DNA of 64,000 bases from Bacteroidota bacterium (GTDB taxonomy: Bacteria; Bacteroidota; Rhodothermia; Rhodothermales; UBA10348). Made by a program: the position numbers and the translations under genes. Positions 41,814 to 49,737 of this stretch are shown one piece after another (position 1 is the first letter of the stretch; each line of letters opens with the position of its first letter). Under the pieces are notes generated by a model. It did not search any database. It saw only the letters and a program-made list of their open reading frames with translations, and was not told the origin of the DNA. The stretch covers positions 16,793 to 80,792 of the forward strand of contig JAJCYQ010000049.1 of assembly GCA_029262835.1 (NCBI GenBank), in the 5' to 3' direction.

Positions 41814-42152
41814 GGCCGCGTTGAGCACGGTGCGTCGGCGGGTGCGACGACGCGTCTGTGCCGTGCGCAGGCCCCGGGCGCCCCGACCCGCCGATGGGTT
41901 CCCAGCCCGCTCGAGATGCCGACTGATGTAGTTCAGCGTAGCACGGTGCACGTCAGCATCGTCGCCACCGAACAGCATGGACTTGACATACTGGTTGTGT
42001 GCCAGGTCCTTGAGCGTCAGCAGTTCTTCGGGGCTCAGGTGGCTGAGGTCAATACGCACGCCGCGTTCCTGGGAGACGAGCGCCGGGTGCGCACCGTTTA
42101 CATCGACGTGGAACGATTCGCCGGTAAGCAGGGAGAGGGAGGCTGTTGTCAT
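41811..42152 (-). CDS. hypothetical protein
   Basis: 113-aa ORF. Residues 1-80 have protein-like composition and the C-terminal tail is Arg-rich. No family recognised. The stop codon lies in the outer end of the right inverted repeat. Confidence 0.45.
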   Translation of the reverse strand: MTTASLSLLTGESFHVDVNGAHPALVSQERGVRIDLSHLSPEELLTLKDLAHNQYVKSMLFGGDDADVHRATLNYISRHLERAGNPSAGRGARGLRTAQTRRRTRRRTVLNAA

Positions 42153-42207
42153 GTCTGTATGCCGCTTGAATGGTTGTTTTCTCTTTCTGAAAGCAACTTA
42201 CAGAGCA

Positions 42208-42231
42208 GGTATGACAACATCGTGTCATACC
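42208..42231. promoter_or_regulatory. palindrome GGTATGACA-N6-TGTCATACC upstream of the 113-aa ORF
   Basis: 9-bp perfect arms, 56-79 bp upstream of the ATG at 42152. It is one of five ATGACA/TGTCAT hexamers in this 170-bp gap. Confidence 0.45.
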
Positions 42232-42321
42232 CTGATCATCTTTTTTCAGTGGCTTTCATGCCACTCATGACACAGCATGCATCCTGGCATAACCTCGTCC
42301 TGTCATTATTATGGCGTGTCC

Positions 42322-43461
42322 TCAGGCGGGCTCGTCGCGCTCGCGGATCACAATGCCACGGTCGCCGAGCATGGCAACAACTTTCTGGTAGCATCCGGGT
42401 GTCCGGCCGAGGAACTCTGGAGGGCATATGCCCTTCTGGCTGAAGCTTCCGTCCAGTACGAGTCGGGCGGCCGCCGTACACGTGTAGCCGGTTGTCCTGG
42501 CCATCGAGTGGATGCCTGACTCCTGGTCGTAGTAGTCGAGCAGGTCGAAGGTACGTCGCATGCAGGCATCTCCTTCGGTTCCGACGATCTCGACGCGCAT
42601 GACCGTGTAGTCCTGGTCGCCCGGCGCAAGGGTCCAGGCATCGAACAGGAGTTTCATGGTAACGTCCAGGGGACGTACGCTCGTCCCGTCTATGTCCATG
42701 GGTTCACGCGAAAAGAATCCAGCATCTCGAAAAACCTGCATGAGCGCCGCATGACCGGGGTGTCGGAGGGTCTTCTCCTTCATGTCGGGCGCACGAAGCG
42801 TCCTCATGAGCGTGCGCAACCCATCTGTATTGAAGGCTTCGAGTGTGCCCACCCTGGGGATATCAACGAGCTCTATGTCGGTCAGGGCGTCGCGGTAAAT
42901 GACTTTTCCGTGCTCCACATAGCGGGCCGTCCGGGTGTACTCCTCAATCACATCAATGGGTGAGAATCCGGCCTTGTATTCGAACGGGTGGCGTCGTTCG
43001 ACGGGCAGGCCACCCACGAGGCAGAGGTAGCTTTCCAGGCGGTCGAACTCCGTCTCGGCATAGCCTGCCTGCATGTTGCAGAGCCCGGGTGCCACACCAC
43101 AGTCTACAACGGCCGTCACGCCTCGTGCCAATGCCTTCTCGTCCAGGTCGAACGCATCTTCCGGGAAGAAAGAAATGTCCACGACGTCGTGTCCAAGCTC
43201 AATCAGGCTCTCGAGCGTGGCGTAGCCCATGAAGCCCGGTACGGCATTGATCACAAGGTCACTGCCCTGTGTAGCCTCAGCCAGTGCCTGGCGGTCGGTG
43301 ACATCGGCCCGGTGGGTTTCGACTCCCTGCGCCCCGCCAAGCCGGTCAAGCGCCTGCTGCGAAGCATCGATGGCGCGTACCAGCGCGCTTCCGTCGGAAA
43401 GGTCCTTGATGATGGCCGACCCGATAAGGCCAGCCCCGAGTACGGTGATCGTTTTCTGCAT
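42322..43461 (-). CDS. saccharopine dehydrogenase family oxidoreductase (paralog 2)
   Basis: MQKTITVLGAGLIGSAIIKDL, DCGVAPGLCNM and EKTLRHPGHA motifs, 379 aa. Confidence 0.85.
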   Translation of the reverse strand: MQKTITVLGAGLIGSAIIKDLSDGSALVRAIDASQQALDRLGGAQGVETHRADVTDRQALAEATQGSDLVINAVPGFMGYATLESLIELGHDVVDISFFPEDAFDLDEKALARGVTAVVDCGVAPGLCNMQAGYAETEFDRLESYLCLVGGLPVERRHPFEYKAGFSPIDVIEEYTRTARYVEHGKVIYRDALTDIELVDIPRVGTLEAFNTDGLRTLMRTLRAPDMKEKTLRHPGHAALMQVFRDAGFFSREPMDIDGTSVRPLDVTMKLLFDAWTLAPGDQDYTVMRVEIVGTEGDACMRRTFDLLDYYDQESGIHSMARTTGYTCTAAARLVLDGSFSQKGICPPEFLGRTPGCYQKVVAMLGDRGIVIRERDEPA

Positions 43462-43484
43462 GATGTTGGTCTTTTTTCAAATTT

Positions 43485-43505
43485 GCACATGTATATACTA
43501 TGTGC
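43485..43505. promoter_or_regulatory. near-palindrome GCACAT-GTATATAC-T-ATGTGC in the divergent control region
   Basis: Read from the sequence. Further TATGTG(C/T) copies occur at 43523 and 43534, with ATACGTAT and TATAAT (43516-43521) between them. Confidence 0.4.
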
Positions 43506-43536
43506 GATGCATACGTATAATCTATGTGTGGAATAT

Positions 43537-44694
43537 GTGCACTGTTTATATATCCCGGAATTCCCGGCGTGGGCAGCCCGGCAGGCGGGCGCTGCGGGGC
43601 CCGTTGTAGTGGTCTCGGGGGGAATTGTCGTGGCCCGGGAGCGTGTGCGGAGCCTCAGGAATGTGGTTCCCGGAGACCGTGCAGACCGGGTGAAGCGGGT
43701 CTCGGCGTCAGCAACGGTCTGCCTGCGTGATGTCCATACGGAAACTACGTGTTGGGAGGCACTCTTGCGCCAGGTTCATGATCTGACTCCCTTCATGGAG
43801 ACACCAGGCTCACCTTTCCTGTTCTTCAGGGAGCCGGATGCGGGTGCCTTGCGGGCACTGGTATCCGGAACAGGTATGCAGGTTGGTGTTGCTTCGACCC
43901 GTGCCATGGCCCGTCTGGCTGCGCTGCGTGCTTCACCGGGGCATATTCTACCGGTTCGCGCTGGGCAGGAGGACCTTTTCCTGGACAGGTTCCAGGTGCG
44001 GCGACTGACGGCATTGGGCGTAGCGCGCGACACGATCGGACAAATGGAACTCTTCGGTCATACGACACTGGGTGCGCTGTGCCGGCTGACGCTGCGTCAC
44101 ATGAAGGCTCAGTTCGGGGCGCACGGGGAGCAGGTGTACCGCGTCATCCATCCAGAACCGGAGCATCGGATAACAGCCTGGCGGCCGCCGCCGTCGGTGG
44201 TGGCCGCCTATGCCTGGCCGGAGTCAGTTCCTGCCACCGATCAGGTGCTGCAGCCAGTGGTCGAGGAGGTTGTAAGCCGGGCTGTGGCCGATCTGGGCGA
44301 AAGGCGCACACAGTGCATTGGCGTGGTATTGGACCTGGCTGGCGGGGCCAGTATGGCCGGTGGCCGTTCTGCCATGCGGCGCCACATCCTGCAGGAGCCG
44401 GTGCACCGGGTCGAAACCATCCGGCACGTGGCATGGCGCCTGCTGCATGCCGCTCTCGAGTCCGGCGTACGCGAACTCGATGGTCTTGCCCTGCATCTGG
44501 AAGCGCTCCGTCGCCCCGATGTGCACCAGAAGGATTTTTTCGATGCGCGGCCCGCTATTCGGAATGCGGTGCGTACCATACAGAAGCGGTACCCGGGAGT
44601 GCTTCGCAAGGCCAGGTTGCGTCCCCATGCTGTATTTGATGAAGACCGGTCGGCATTGGAAGCGGTTGAACCGGACGGCCCGCCGGACGACTGA
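43537..44694 (+). CDS. Y-family DNA polymerase homolog lacking the catalytic acidic residues (ImuB-like)
   Basis: VHCLYIPEFPAWAARQ aligns to IIHIDMDAFFASVEQ of the dinB in this window, and ETPGSPFLFF aligns to EPLSLDEAYLDV. The thumb/HhH-like region VGVASTRAMARLAA...LGVARDTIGQMELFGHTTLGAL is retained. The start is GTG 43537 (ATG 43507 or 43489 possible). Confidence 0.7.
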   Translation: MHCLYIPEFPAWAARQAGAAGPVVVVSGGIVVARERVRSLRNVVPGDRADRVKRVSASATVCLRDVHTETTCWEALLRQVHDLTPFMETPGSPFLFFREPDAGALRALVSGTGMQVGVASTRAMARLAALRASPGHILPVRAGQEDLFLDRFQVRRLTALGVARDTIGQMELFGHTTLGALCRLTLRHMKAQFGAHGEQVYRVIHPEPEHRITAWRPPPSVVAAYAWPESVPATDQVLQPVVEEVVSRAVADLGERRTQCIGVVLDLAGGASMAGGRSAMRRHILQEPVHRVETIRHVAWRLLHAALESGVRELDGLALHLEALRRPDVHQKDFFDARPAIRNAVRTIQKRYPGVLRKARLRPHAVFDEDRSALEAVEPDGPPDD

Positions 44695-44702
44695 ATGCAT
44701 GA

Positions 44703-45275
44703 ATGCGCACAAAACGCGACATAGTGACCGAATATCTGGTTCTGGAAGCCCAGGCCGGAGGGACGAGGGGCGAGCGCGCCTTCGGGCAGATTGTCCGCCT
44801 CTGGGACAGGCCGCTGAGGGCGTTCATCTGGCGCCAGATTGGGTCGCAGGGGCGGAGTGACGATCTGCAGCAGGAGATCTGGCTGGCCATTACCCGCAGC
44901 CTGGCACGGCTCGACGACCCGGCCCGATTTGCGCCGTGGGCCTACCGGATAGCCCGCAACAAGTGTATTGACGCCATTCGAAGGAGCGAGCGTCATCGGA
45001 AGCTGTTCAGTGATGCCCGCGAGCACAACGCCAACCCGGTAGCTGCGCACGAGGACGCCCCTTCCGATCCGGCTGGCCAGGTGCGTGCGCTGCTCGAACA
45101 GCTGCCCGACGACCAGCGCCAATTGCTGACCATGCATTACCTGGACGAATTCAGTGTGCGGGACATGGCCCTCGTTCTGGGCATACCCGAAGGCACGGTC
45201 AAGTCGCGGCTCTTCCACGCACGTCGGTTCATCAAACAGCATGTAGACAACCAAAATATCGAGGACACACCATGA
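44703..45275 (+). CDS. ECF-type RNA polymerase sigma-70 family factor
   Basis: Region 2 (DDLQQEIWLAITRSLARLDDPARFAPWAYRIARNKCIDAIR) and region 4 (LPDDQRQLLTMHYLDEFSVRDMALVLGIPEGTVKSRLFHAR). It begins 8 nt after the previous stop. Confidence 0.9.
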   Translation: MRTKRDIVTEYLVLEAQAGGTRGERAFGQIVRLWDRPLRAFIWRQIGSQGRSDDLQQEIWLAITRSLARLDDPARFAPWAYRIARNKCIDAIRRSERHRKLFSDAREHNANPVAAHEDAPSDPAGQVRALLEQLPDDQRQLLTMHYLDEFSVRDMALVLGIPEGTVKSRLFHARRFIKQHVDNQNIEDTP

Positions 45276-45667
45276 GCAAAGCACGCAGCACCAACGCATC
45301 GGTAGACGATCTCATTCGTAGCACACTTACGGAAGAGGAGGGCCGGTTCTACGATGAACTGGCAGAACCTTCCTTTCTCGGCGAAATGCTCGACGTGTTC
45401 CGGGGGCGGCAGAAGTTCCTGGCGTCGATTTCCTTCGTATACACGTTCGTCTTCTTCGGCGTCAGCGTGTGGGCAGCCATCGAGTTTTTCCAGGCCGGGG
45501 AAACAAGGTCGCAAATCCTGTGGCTTGGCGTATTCATAGCTGCCTTCCACGCCGTCAGTATGCTCAAGATGTGGTACTTCATGCAAATGAACCGCAACCA
45601 TGTTGTGCGTGAAATCAAACGCCTGGAACTGCAGATAGCACACGTTTCCGCGAGCCGGGACGTGTGA
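45272..45667 (+). CDS. 2-TM membrane protein co-transcribed with the ECF sigma factor (possible non-canonical anti-sigma)
   Basis: 131 aa with an ATGA overlap to the sigma gene. Cytoplasmic N-terminus, two TM helices and a C-terminal REIKRLELQI. No HxxxCxxC zinc anti-sigma motif. Confidence 0.6.
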   Translation: MSKARSTNASVDDLIRSTLTEEEGRFYDELAEPSFLGEMLDVFRGRQKFLASISFVYTFVFFGVSVWAAIEFFQAGETRSQILWLGVFIAAFHAVSMLKMWYFMQMNRNHVVREIKRLELQIAHVSASRDV

Positions 45668-45705
45668 ATGCTCGGGCAGCCGCGAAAAAGCGGGAACACG
45701 GGTGG

Positions 45706-45739
45706 GTTGTATATGGTTGATTAGTCAACTAAATACAAC
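45706..45739. promoter_or_regulatory. nested palindrome GTTGTAT-atg-GTTGA-ttag-TCAAC-taa-ATACAAC upstream of the nitroreductase gene
   Basis: Read from the sequence. It ends 6 nt before the ATG at 45746. Confidence 0.4.
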
Positions 45740-45745
45740 GACACC

Positions 45746-46315
45746 ATGAGACAGACCCAGTCCGATCGCGTACACTCCTTGTTTGTCGAGCGTTGGTCGA
45801 CACGCACCTACACCGACGATCCTGTCCCTGGGCGTGACCTCGAAGCCATGTTCGAGGCGGCACGATGGGCACCGTCATCTTACAACGAGCAGCCCTGGCT
45901 GTTCGTCTATGCGGCGACTCCGGACGAGCGGGACCGGATGGCCAAACTCCTCGTGCCTGCCAACCAGGCCTGGGCTGGCCGCGCTCCGCGCCTTGCCATC
46001 CTGTTCGCGAGGAAGCGGTTCGCGCGCAACGACCGCGAGAATGCCAGTGCCGCATTTGACACGGGCAGTGCGTGGATGTCCTTCGCGCTGCAGGCGCACC
46101 ACATGGGATACAGCGCGCATGCCATGAAAGGGTTCGATCACGAAGCCGCGTTCGAGGTCGCCGGGCTGAGCGCGGACGCGTATGACGTCATGTGTATGCT
46201 TGCCGTGGGCAGGCCGGCCGAACAGGATGAGCCCGAGCCCCGCAGTCCGCGGAAAGATCAGCGACTTGTGGCGCAGCCGCTTTCATCCATTACCCATCAG
46301 GAGGTTGCATCATGA
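45746..46315 (+). CDS. nitroreductase family protein
   Basis: 189 aa with RWSTRTY, AARWAPSSYNEQPW and a GFD motif. Confidence 0.85.
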   Translation: MRQTQSDRVHSLFVERWSTRTYTDDPVPGRDLEAMFEAARWAPSSYNEQPWLFVYAATPDERDRMAKLLVPANQAWAGRAPRLAILFARKRFARNDRENASAAFDTGSAWMSFALQAHHMGYSAHAMKGFDHEAAFEVAGLSADAYDVMCMLAVGRPAEQDEPEPRSPRKDQRLVAQPLSSITHQEVAS

Positions 46316-47022
46316 CCATCGAGCATATTCCAGCCGAGAGCCGCGGCCGCGCCGACTTCGGGTGGCTCCAGTCCCGCCATTCGTTCAGCTTTGGCAGCTA
46401 CATGGACCCCGGCCGCATGCAGTTCGGGGCGCTCCGCGTACTCAATGACGACGTAGTAGCCCCCGGGGGCGGTTTCGCGCGGCATCCGCACGCCGACATG
46501 GAAATCATCTCCATCCCGACGCGCGGGGCGCTGCGCCACGGAGACAGCATGGGGCACACCGAGCTGCTGCCAGAAGGCGACGTGCAGGTCATGACAGCTG
46601 GCCGCGGCATTGAGCATGAGGAGCACAATGCGTCCCGGACAGAAGATGTTGCTTTCTTTCAGATCTGGATCCGCCCGCGTACGCGGGGGCTCACCCCCCG
46701 GTACGACCAGAAGTCATTCCCGGCCGCCAGCCGGGAGGGCCGGCTGGCCATCATCGCGTCGCCCGATGGACGGGACGGTTCGCTCACCATGGAGCAGGAC
46801 GCACTCATTGCGCGCGGACACTTCCGGGAGGACACCCACGTGGCTTACGAGCCTGCCTTCGAGGGAAATGGTCTGTACCTCTTCGTGGTCGAAGGAAAGC
46901 TCCTCGCGGGGGACAAGGAAGCTGGTCCGCGCGATGCGCTCGCCATTACCGCCCCTGGAGGCGTGGTCACGATGGATCTGGCCGCTGGTTCAGACATCCT
47001 GCTCCTTGACGTGCCCATTTGA
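46312..47022 (+). CDS. pirin family protein
   Basis: GWLQSRHSFSFGSY and GFARHPHADMEIISIP (cupin metal site). ATGA overlap with the nitroreductase gene. Confidence 0.9.
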   Translation: MTIEHIPAESRGRADFGWLQSRHSFSFGSYMDPGRMQFGALRVLNDDVVAPGGGFARHPHADMEIISIPTRGALRHGDSMGHTELLPEGDVQVMTAGRGIEHEEHNASRTEDVAFFQIWIRPRTRGLTPRYDQKSFPAASREGRLAIIASPDGRDGSLTMEQDALIARGHFREDTHVAYEPAFEGNGLYLFVVEGKLLAGDKEAGPRDALAITAPGGVVTMDLAAGSDILLLDVPI

Positions 47023-47041
47023 CAGCCTTTCAACACGCTTT

Positions 47042-47539
47042 TCAAGGCATGGCGACCGAGAAGTGGTCCGAATCGGGCGTGAAATAGAACGACCACGTTT
47101 TTTCGCTCGGAAAGTGCTGCATCTGGACAATATTCTTCTGGTCGTCGAACGTCTCGAACAGCAGCGTATTGGTCAGTTCAAGGTCCTTGATCGGGGTAGA
47201 TGCGGTGAACTCCAGCAGGTACCACCACATGGGCTCCTGTCCTGACATGTCCTCACCTGAAGCTCGTACGACGGCCTCCAGCGGACGGTCGGCGGCTGCG
47301 AGGCGCAGCCGCCGACCGATATACGCCAAGGCAACAGAATCGGCCCGGGATGTGGCCGCAAGCTCGAAATCCGGAGCGTTCTGCTTCTGAATGGCTTCGA
47401 CCAGGTCGTTCTGGAAAAAACGCACCCGAATTACCGCTGTTGACCCTTCGACCGCCAGGCGCCCGTAGGAGACATGGAAGTCGTGTGCTGCACCCGGGGC
47501 GAGGGAACCGGCAATGAGAAGGATCAAAAGGTAGCGCAT
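47042..47539 (-). CDS. secreted hypothetical protein
   Basis: 165 aa with a signal peptide (MRYLLILLIAGSLAPGAA). The mature N-terminus is HDFHVSYGRL. Last gene of a long minus-strand string. Confidence 0.6.
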   Translation of the reverse strand: MRYLLILLIAGSLAPGAAHDFHVSYGRLAVEGSTAVIRVRFFQNDLVEAIQKQNAPDFELAATSRADSVALAYIGRRLRLAAADRPLEAVVRASGEDMSGQEPMWWYLLEFTASTPIKDLELTNTLLFETFDDQKNIVQMQHFPSEKTWSFYFTPDSDHFSVAMP

Positions 47540-47570
47540 GCGCAGTGATGATAGGCGTCAGGTAGGGCCG

Positions 47571-49706
47571 TCAGCGGTTCTCGGCCGGTTCCGATTCAAC
47601 TTCGGGCGCCGTCCAGACATTGTCTTCCATGTCAATATCGGCGAAAACGGCATCCGGGTCGAGTTCTACTTTCGTGACCTTCTTGTCTGAGAAAAATCCT
47701 TTGGTGAACTCCAATTCGTTGGACCGCCAGACATCGGCCGGAAGGTCGAAAAACTCCTGGCTGCCATCCTCATACGTCACGCGCAGTTGGATGGGCATGA
47801 CGAGTTGTCCTTCATTTTCGATCCGCATGCGGTAGTAGTGCTCGCCGTAGTCACTGTTTCCGAGTAGCGAATCGGCGCGCTGGTCAGTAACCGCAGCCAG
47901 TTTCTGGTCGTTGGCATAGGTCGTGTAGAACCAGCCCCGCCAGAACCAGTTCAGGTTCTCGCCTGCCGCCTCTTCCATGGAGCGGAAGAAATCCGCTGGT
48001 TGCGGATGGCGGAACGCCCAGCGCCTGGAGTACTCGCGGAACGCGTCGTCAAATACATCAGGACCCAGAATCTGCTCGCGCAGCATGACAAGGCCCGTCG
48101 CCGGCTTGGCGTAACCATTGTTTCCGAAGTTGTTCTGGATCAGATCCGACTCGGTCATGATGGGGACCTGTGCCGGGTTTTTCATGTAGTCGACGATCTG
48201 GGGGGCAGGACCTCGCCGGGACGGATACGTGCCGTCCGCGGTCTGCGTCCAGATGTCGGTTCCATTGAACTTCTCGGCGTAACGCTGTTCGGCGTAGTAC
48301 TGCAGGAACGTGTTCAGCCCTTCATCCATCCACGTCCACTTGCGCTCGTCCGATGCAATAATCATCGGCACCCAGTTGTGTCCCACTTCATGGATGGTAA
48401 CGCCAATCAGGGCGCGCTCCACGCCGTCTGAATACGTACCATCCGGCGCCGGGCGGGCGCCGCAGAAGGCGACCATGGGATATTCCATGCCACCGACGGG
48501 TCCGTTCACGTTGAGCGACTTGGGATAGGGGTATCTCATGGACATATCCCCATAGGATTCAAGCGTCACAATGCTGGCGCGCGTCGATACCTTGTCCCAG
48601 AGCGGCATGGCCCGGCGGGGATACAGGGAATGCACTTTGATGACGCGGTCTTCGTCCGGATACGAGAATCCGGCGGCATCCCAGACGAATGTTTTAGACG
48701 ACGCCCACGCAAAGTCGCGTACGTCATCGGCCTTGAAATGCCACGTCAATGTGCCGCTGCGCGCGGGGCGGGTGGATGCATCCATCACTTCGTCCGGCCC
48801 CACGATGAAGACCGGTTCCTCAGACGTGTAGGCACGCCGCAGGCGCTGCTGCTGTTCGCGCGTGAGCACCTCGTCCGGGTTCTGCAGCTCTCCCGTCGCA
48901 TCGACAATATGATCCCATGGAACCGTCAATTTGACGTCATAGGAGCCAAAATTGAGATAGAACTCGCCCCGACCCAGGAATTGCTCGGTCTGCCAGCCAT
49001 TCACGTCGTCGTAGACGCTCATGCGCGGAAACCATTGGGCCACAACGTACAGCCAGCCGTCGCCCAGGCGCTCTTTGGCGCCGCGGCCGTTGTCCGGCAT
49101 GAGGAACGACCAGTCGATCTCGAAGGAAACTTTCTTGCCCGGCATGAGGGCCTCTGGGAGCGCAATCCGCATGATGGTATCGTTGATGCGGTATTTGGCG
49201 TCGTGGAGCCGGCCGCCATCATCGACGAGTTGGACGCGCGCAATGTCGAAGCCGCCGTCGAATTTCTCTACGCCTACGAAGCGACGGAACGCCGGGCTGA
49301 TGGTCTCAGGAAGCGCACCCTCGATGGCATACGTCCGACTGTTTTCGAGCGAGCGGACGTTCTGGTCGAGCTGCACCCAGAGGAATGTCAGCGGGTCGGG
49401 CGAGTTGTTGTGATAGGTGATGCGCTCGCTGCCGGTGATCCGATGCGTCTCGGGGTCCAGGCTGGCTTCGATGACGTAATCGGCGCGCTGCTGCCAATAC
49501 TGGGGACCTGGAGCGCCCGATGCGCCGCGGACGGACGTGGCGTCCGGCCAGGAGTCGATGGGCCGGAACATGGAATGGTTACCGCTGCGCACGTCGCCGT
49601 CGACGTTGCGCCAGTTCTGGGCATCGGTAGCTGGTACTGCGAGGAGCCCAAGCAGAATGGTAAGAGTGAGAGCCAGGCTGGCTCCCCGTGTGCAGGATTT
49701 TCTCAT
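47571..49706 (-). CDS. M1 family metallopeptidase
   Basis: 711 aa with a signal peptide, and HEVGHNW followed by WMDEGLNTF (HExxH-X18-E gluzincin motif). Confidence 0.9.
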   Translation of the reverse strand: MRKSCTRGASLALTLTILLGLLAVPATDAQNWRNVDGDVRSGNHSMFRPIDSWPDATSVRGASGAPGPQYWQQRADYVIEASLDPETHRITGSERITYHNNSPDPLTFLWVQLDQNVRSLENSRTYAIEGALPETISPAFRRFVGVEKFDGGFDIARVQLVDDGGRLHDAKYRINDTIMRIALPEALMPGKKVSFEIDWSFLMPDNGRGAKERLGDGWLYVVAQWFPRMSVYDDVNGWQTEQFLGRGEFYLNFGSYDVKLTVPWDHIVDATGELQNPDEVLTREQQQRLRRAYTSEEPVFIVGPDEVMDASTRPARSGTLTWHFKADDVRDFAWASSKTFVWDAAGFSYPDEDRVIKVHSLYPRRAMPLWDKVSTRASIVTLESYGDMSMRYPYPKSLNVNGPVGGMEYPMVAFCGARPAPDGTYSDGVERALIGVTIHEVGHNWVPMIIASDERKWTWMDEGLNTFLQYYAEQRYAEKFNGTDIWTQTADGTYPSRRGPAPQIVDYMKNPAQVPIMTESDLIQNNFGNNGYAKPATGLVMLREQILGPDVFDDAFREYSRRWAFRHPQPADFFRSMEEAAGENLNWFWRGWFYTTYANDQKLAAVTDQRADSLLGNSDYGEHYYRMRIENEGQLVMPIQLRVTYEDGSQEFFDLPADVWRSNELEFTKGFFSDKKVTKVELDPDAVFADIDMEDNVWTAPEVESEPAENR

Positions 49707-49737
49707 GACAGGCTGGTTTATTGGTGAGACCGGCCTC

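Noticed and set aside
41610-42443. 277-aa plus-strand ORF spanning the inverted-repeat element and the orphan-ORF region
   Set aside because: It starts inside the repeat element, runs antisense to the more protein-like 113-aa ORF and into the dehydrogenase gene, and shows no domain signal.
43541-43556. CTGT-N8 stretch (CTGTTTATATATCCCG) as an E. coli-type LexA box
   Set aside because: The second half-site ACAG is absent. E. coli-type boxes are not expected in this lineage, and I cannot recall the lineage-specific motif reliably enough to call it.
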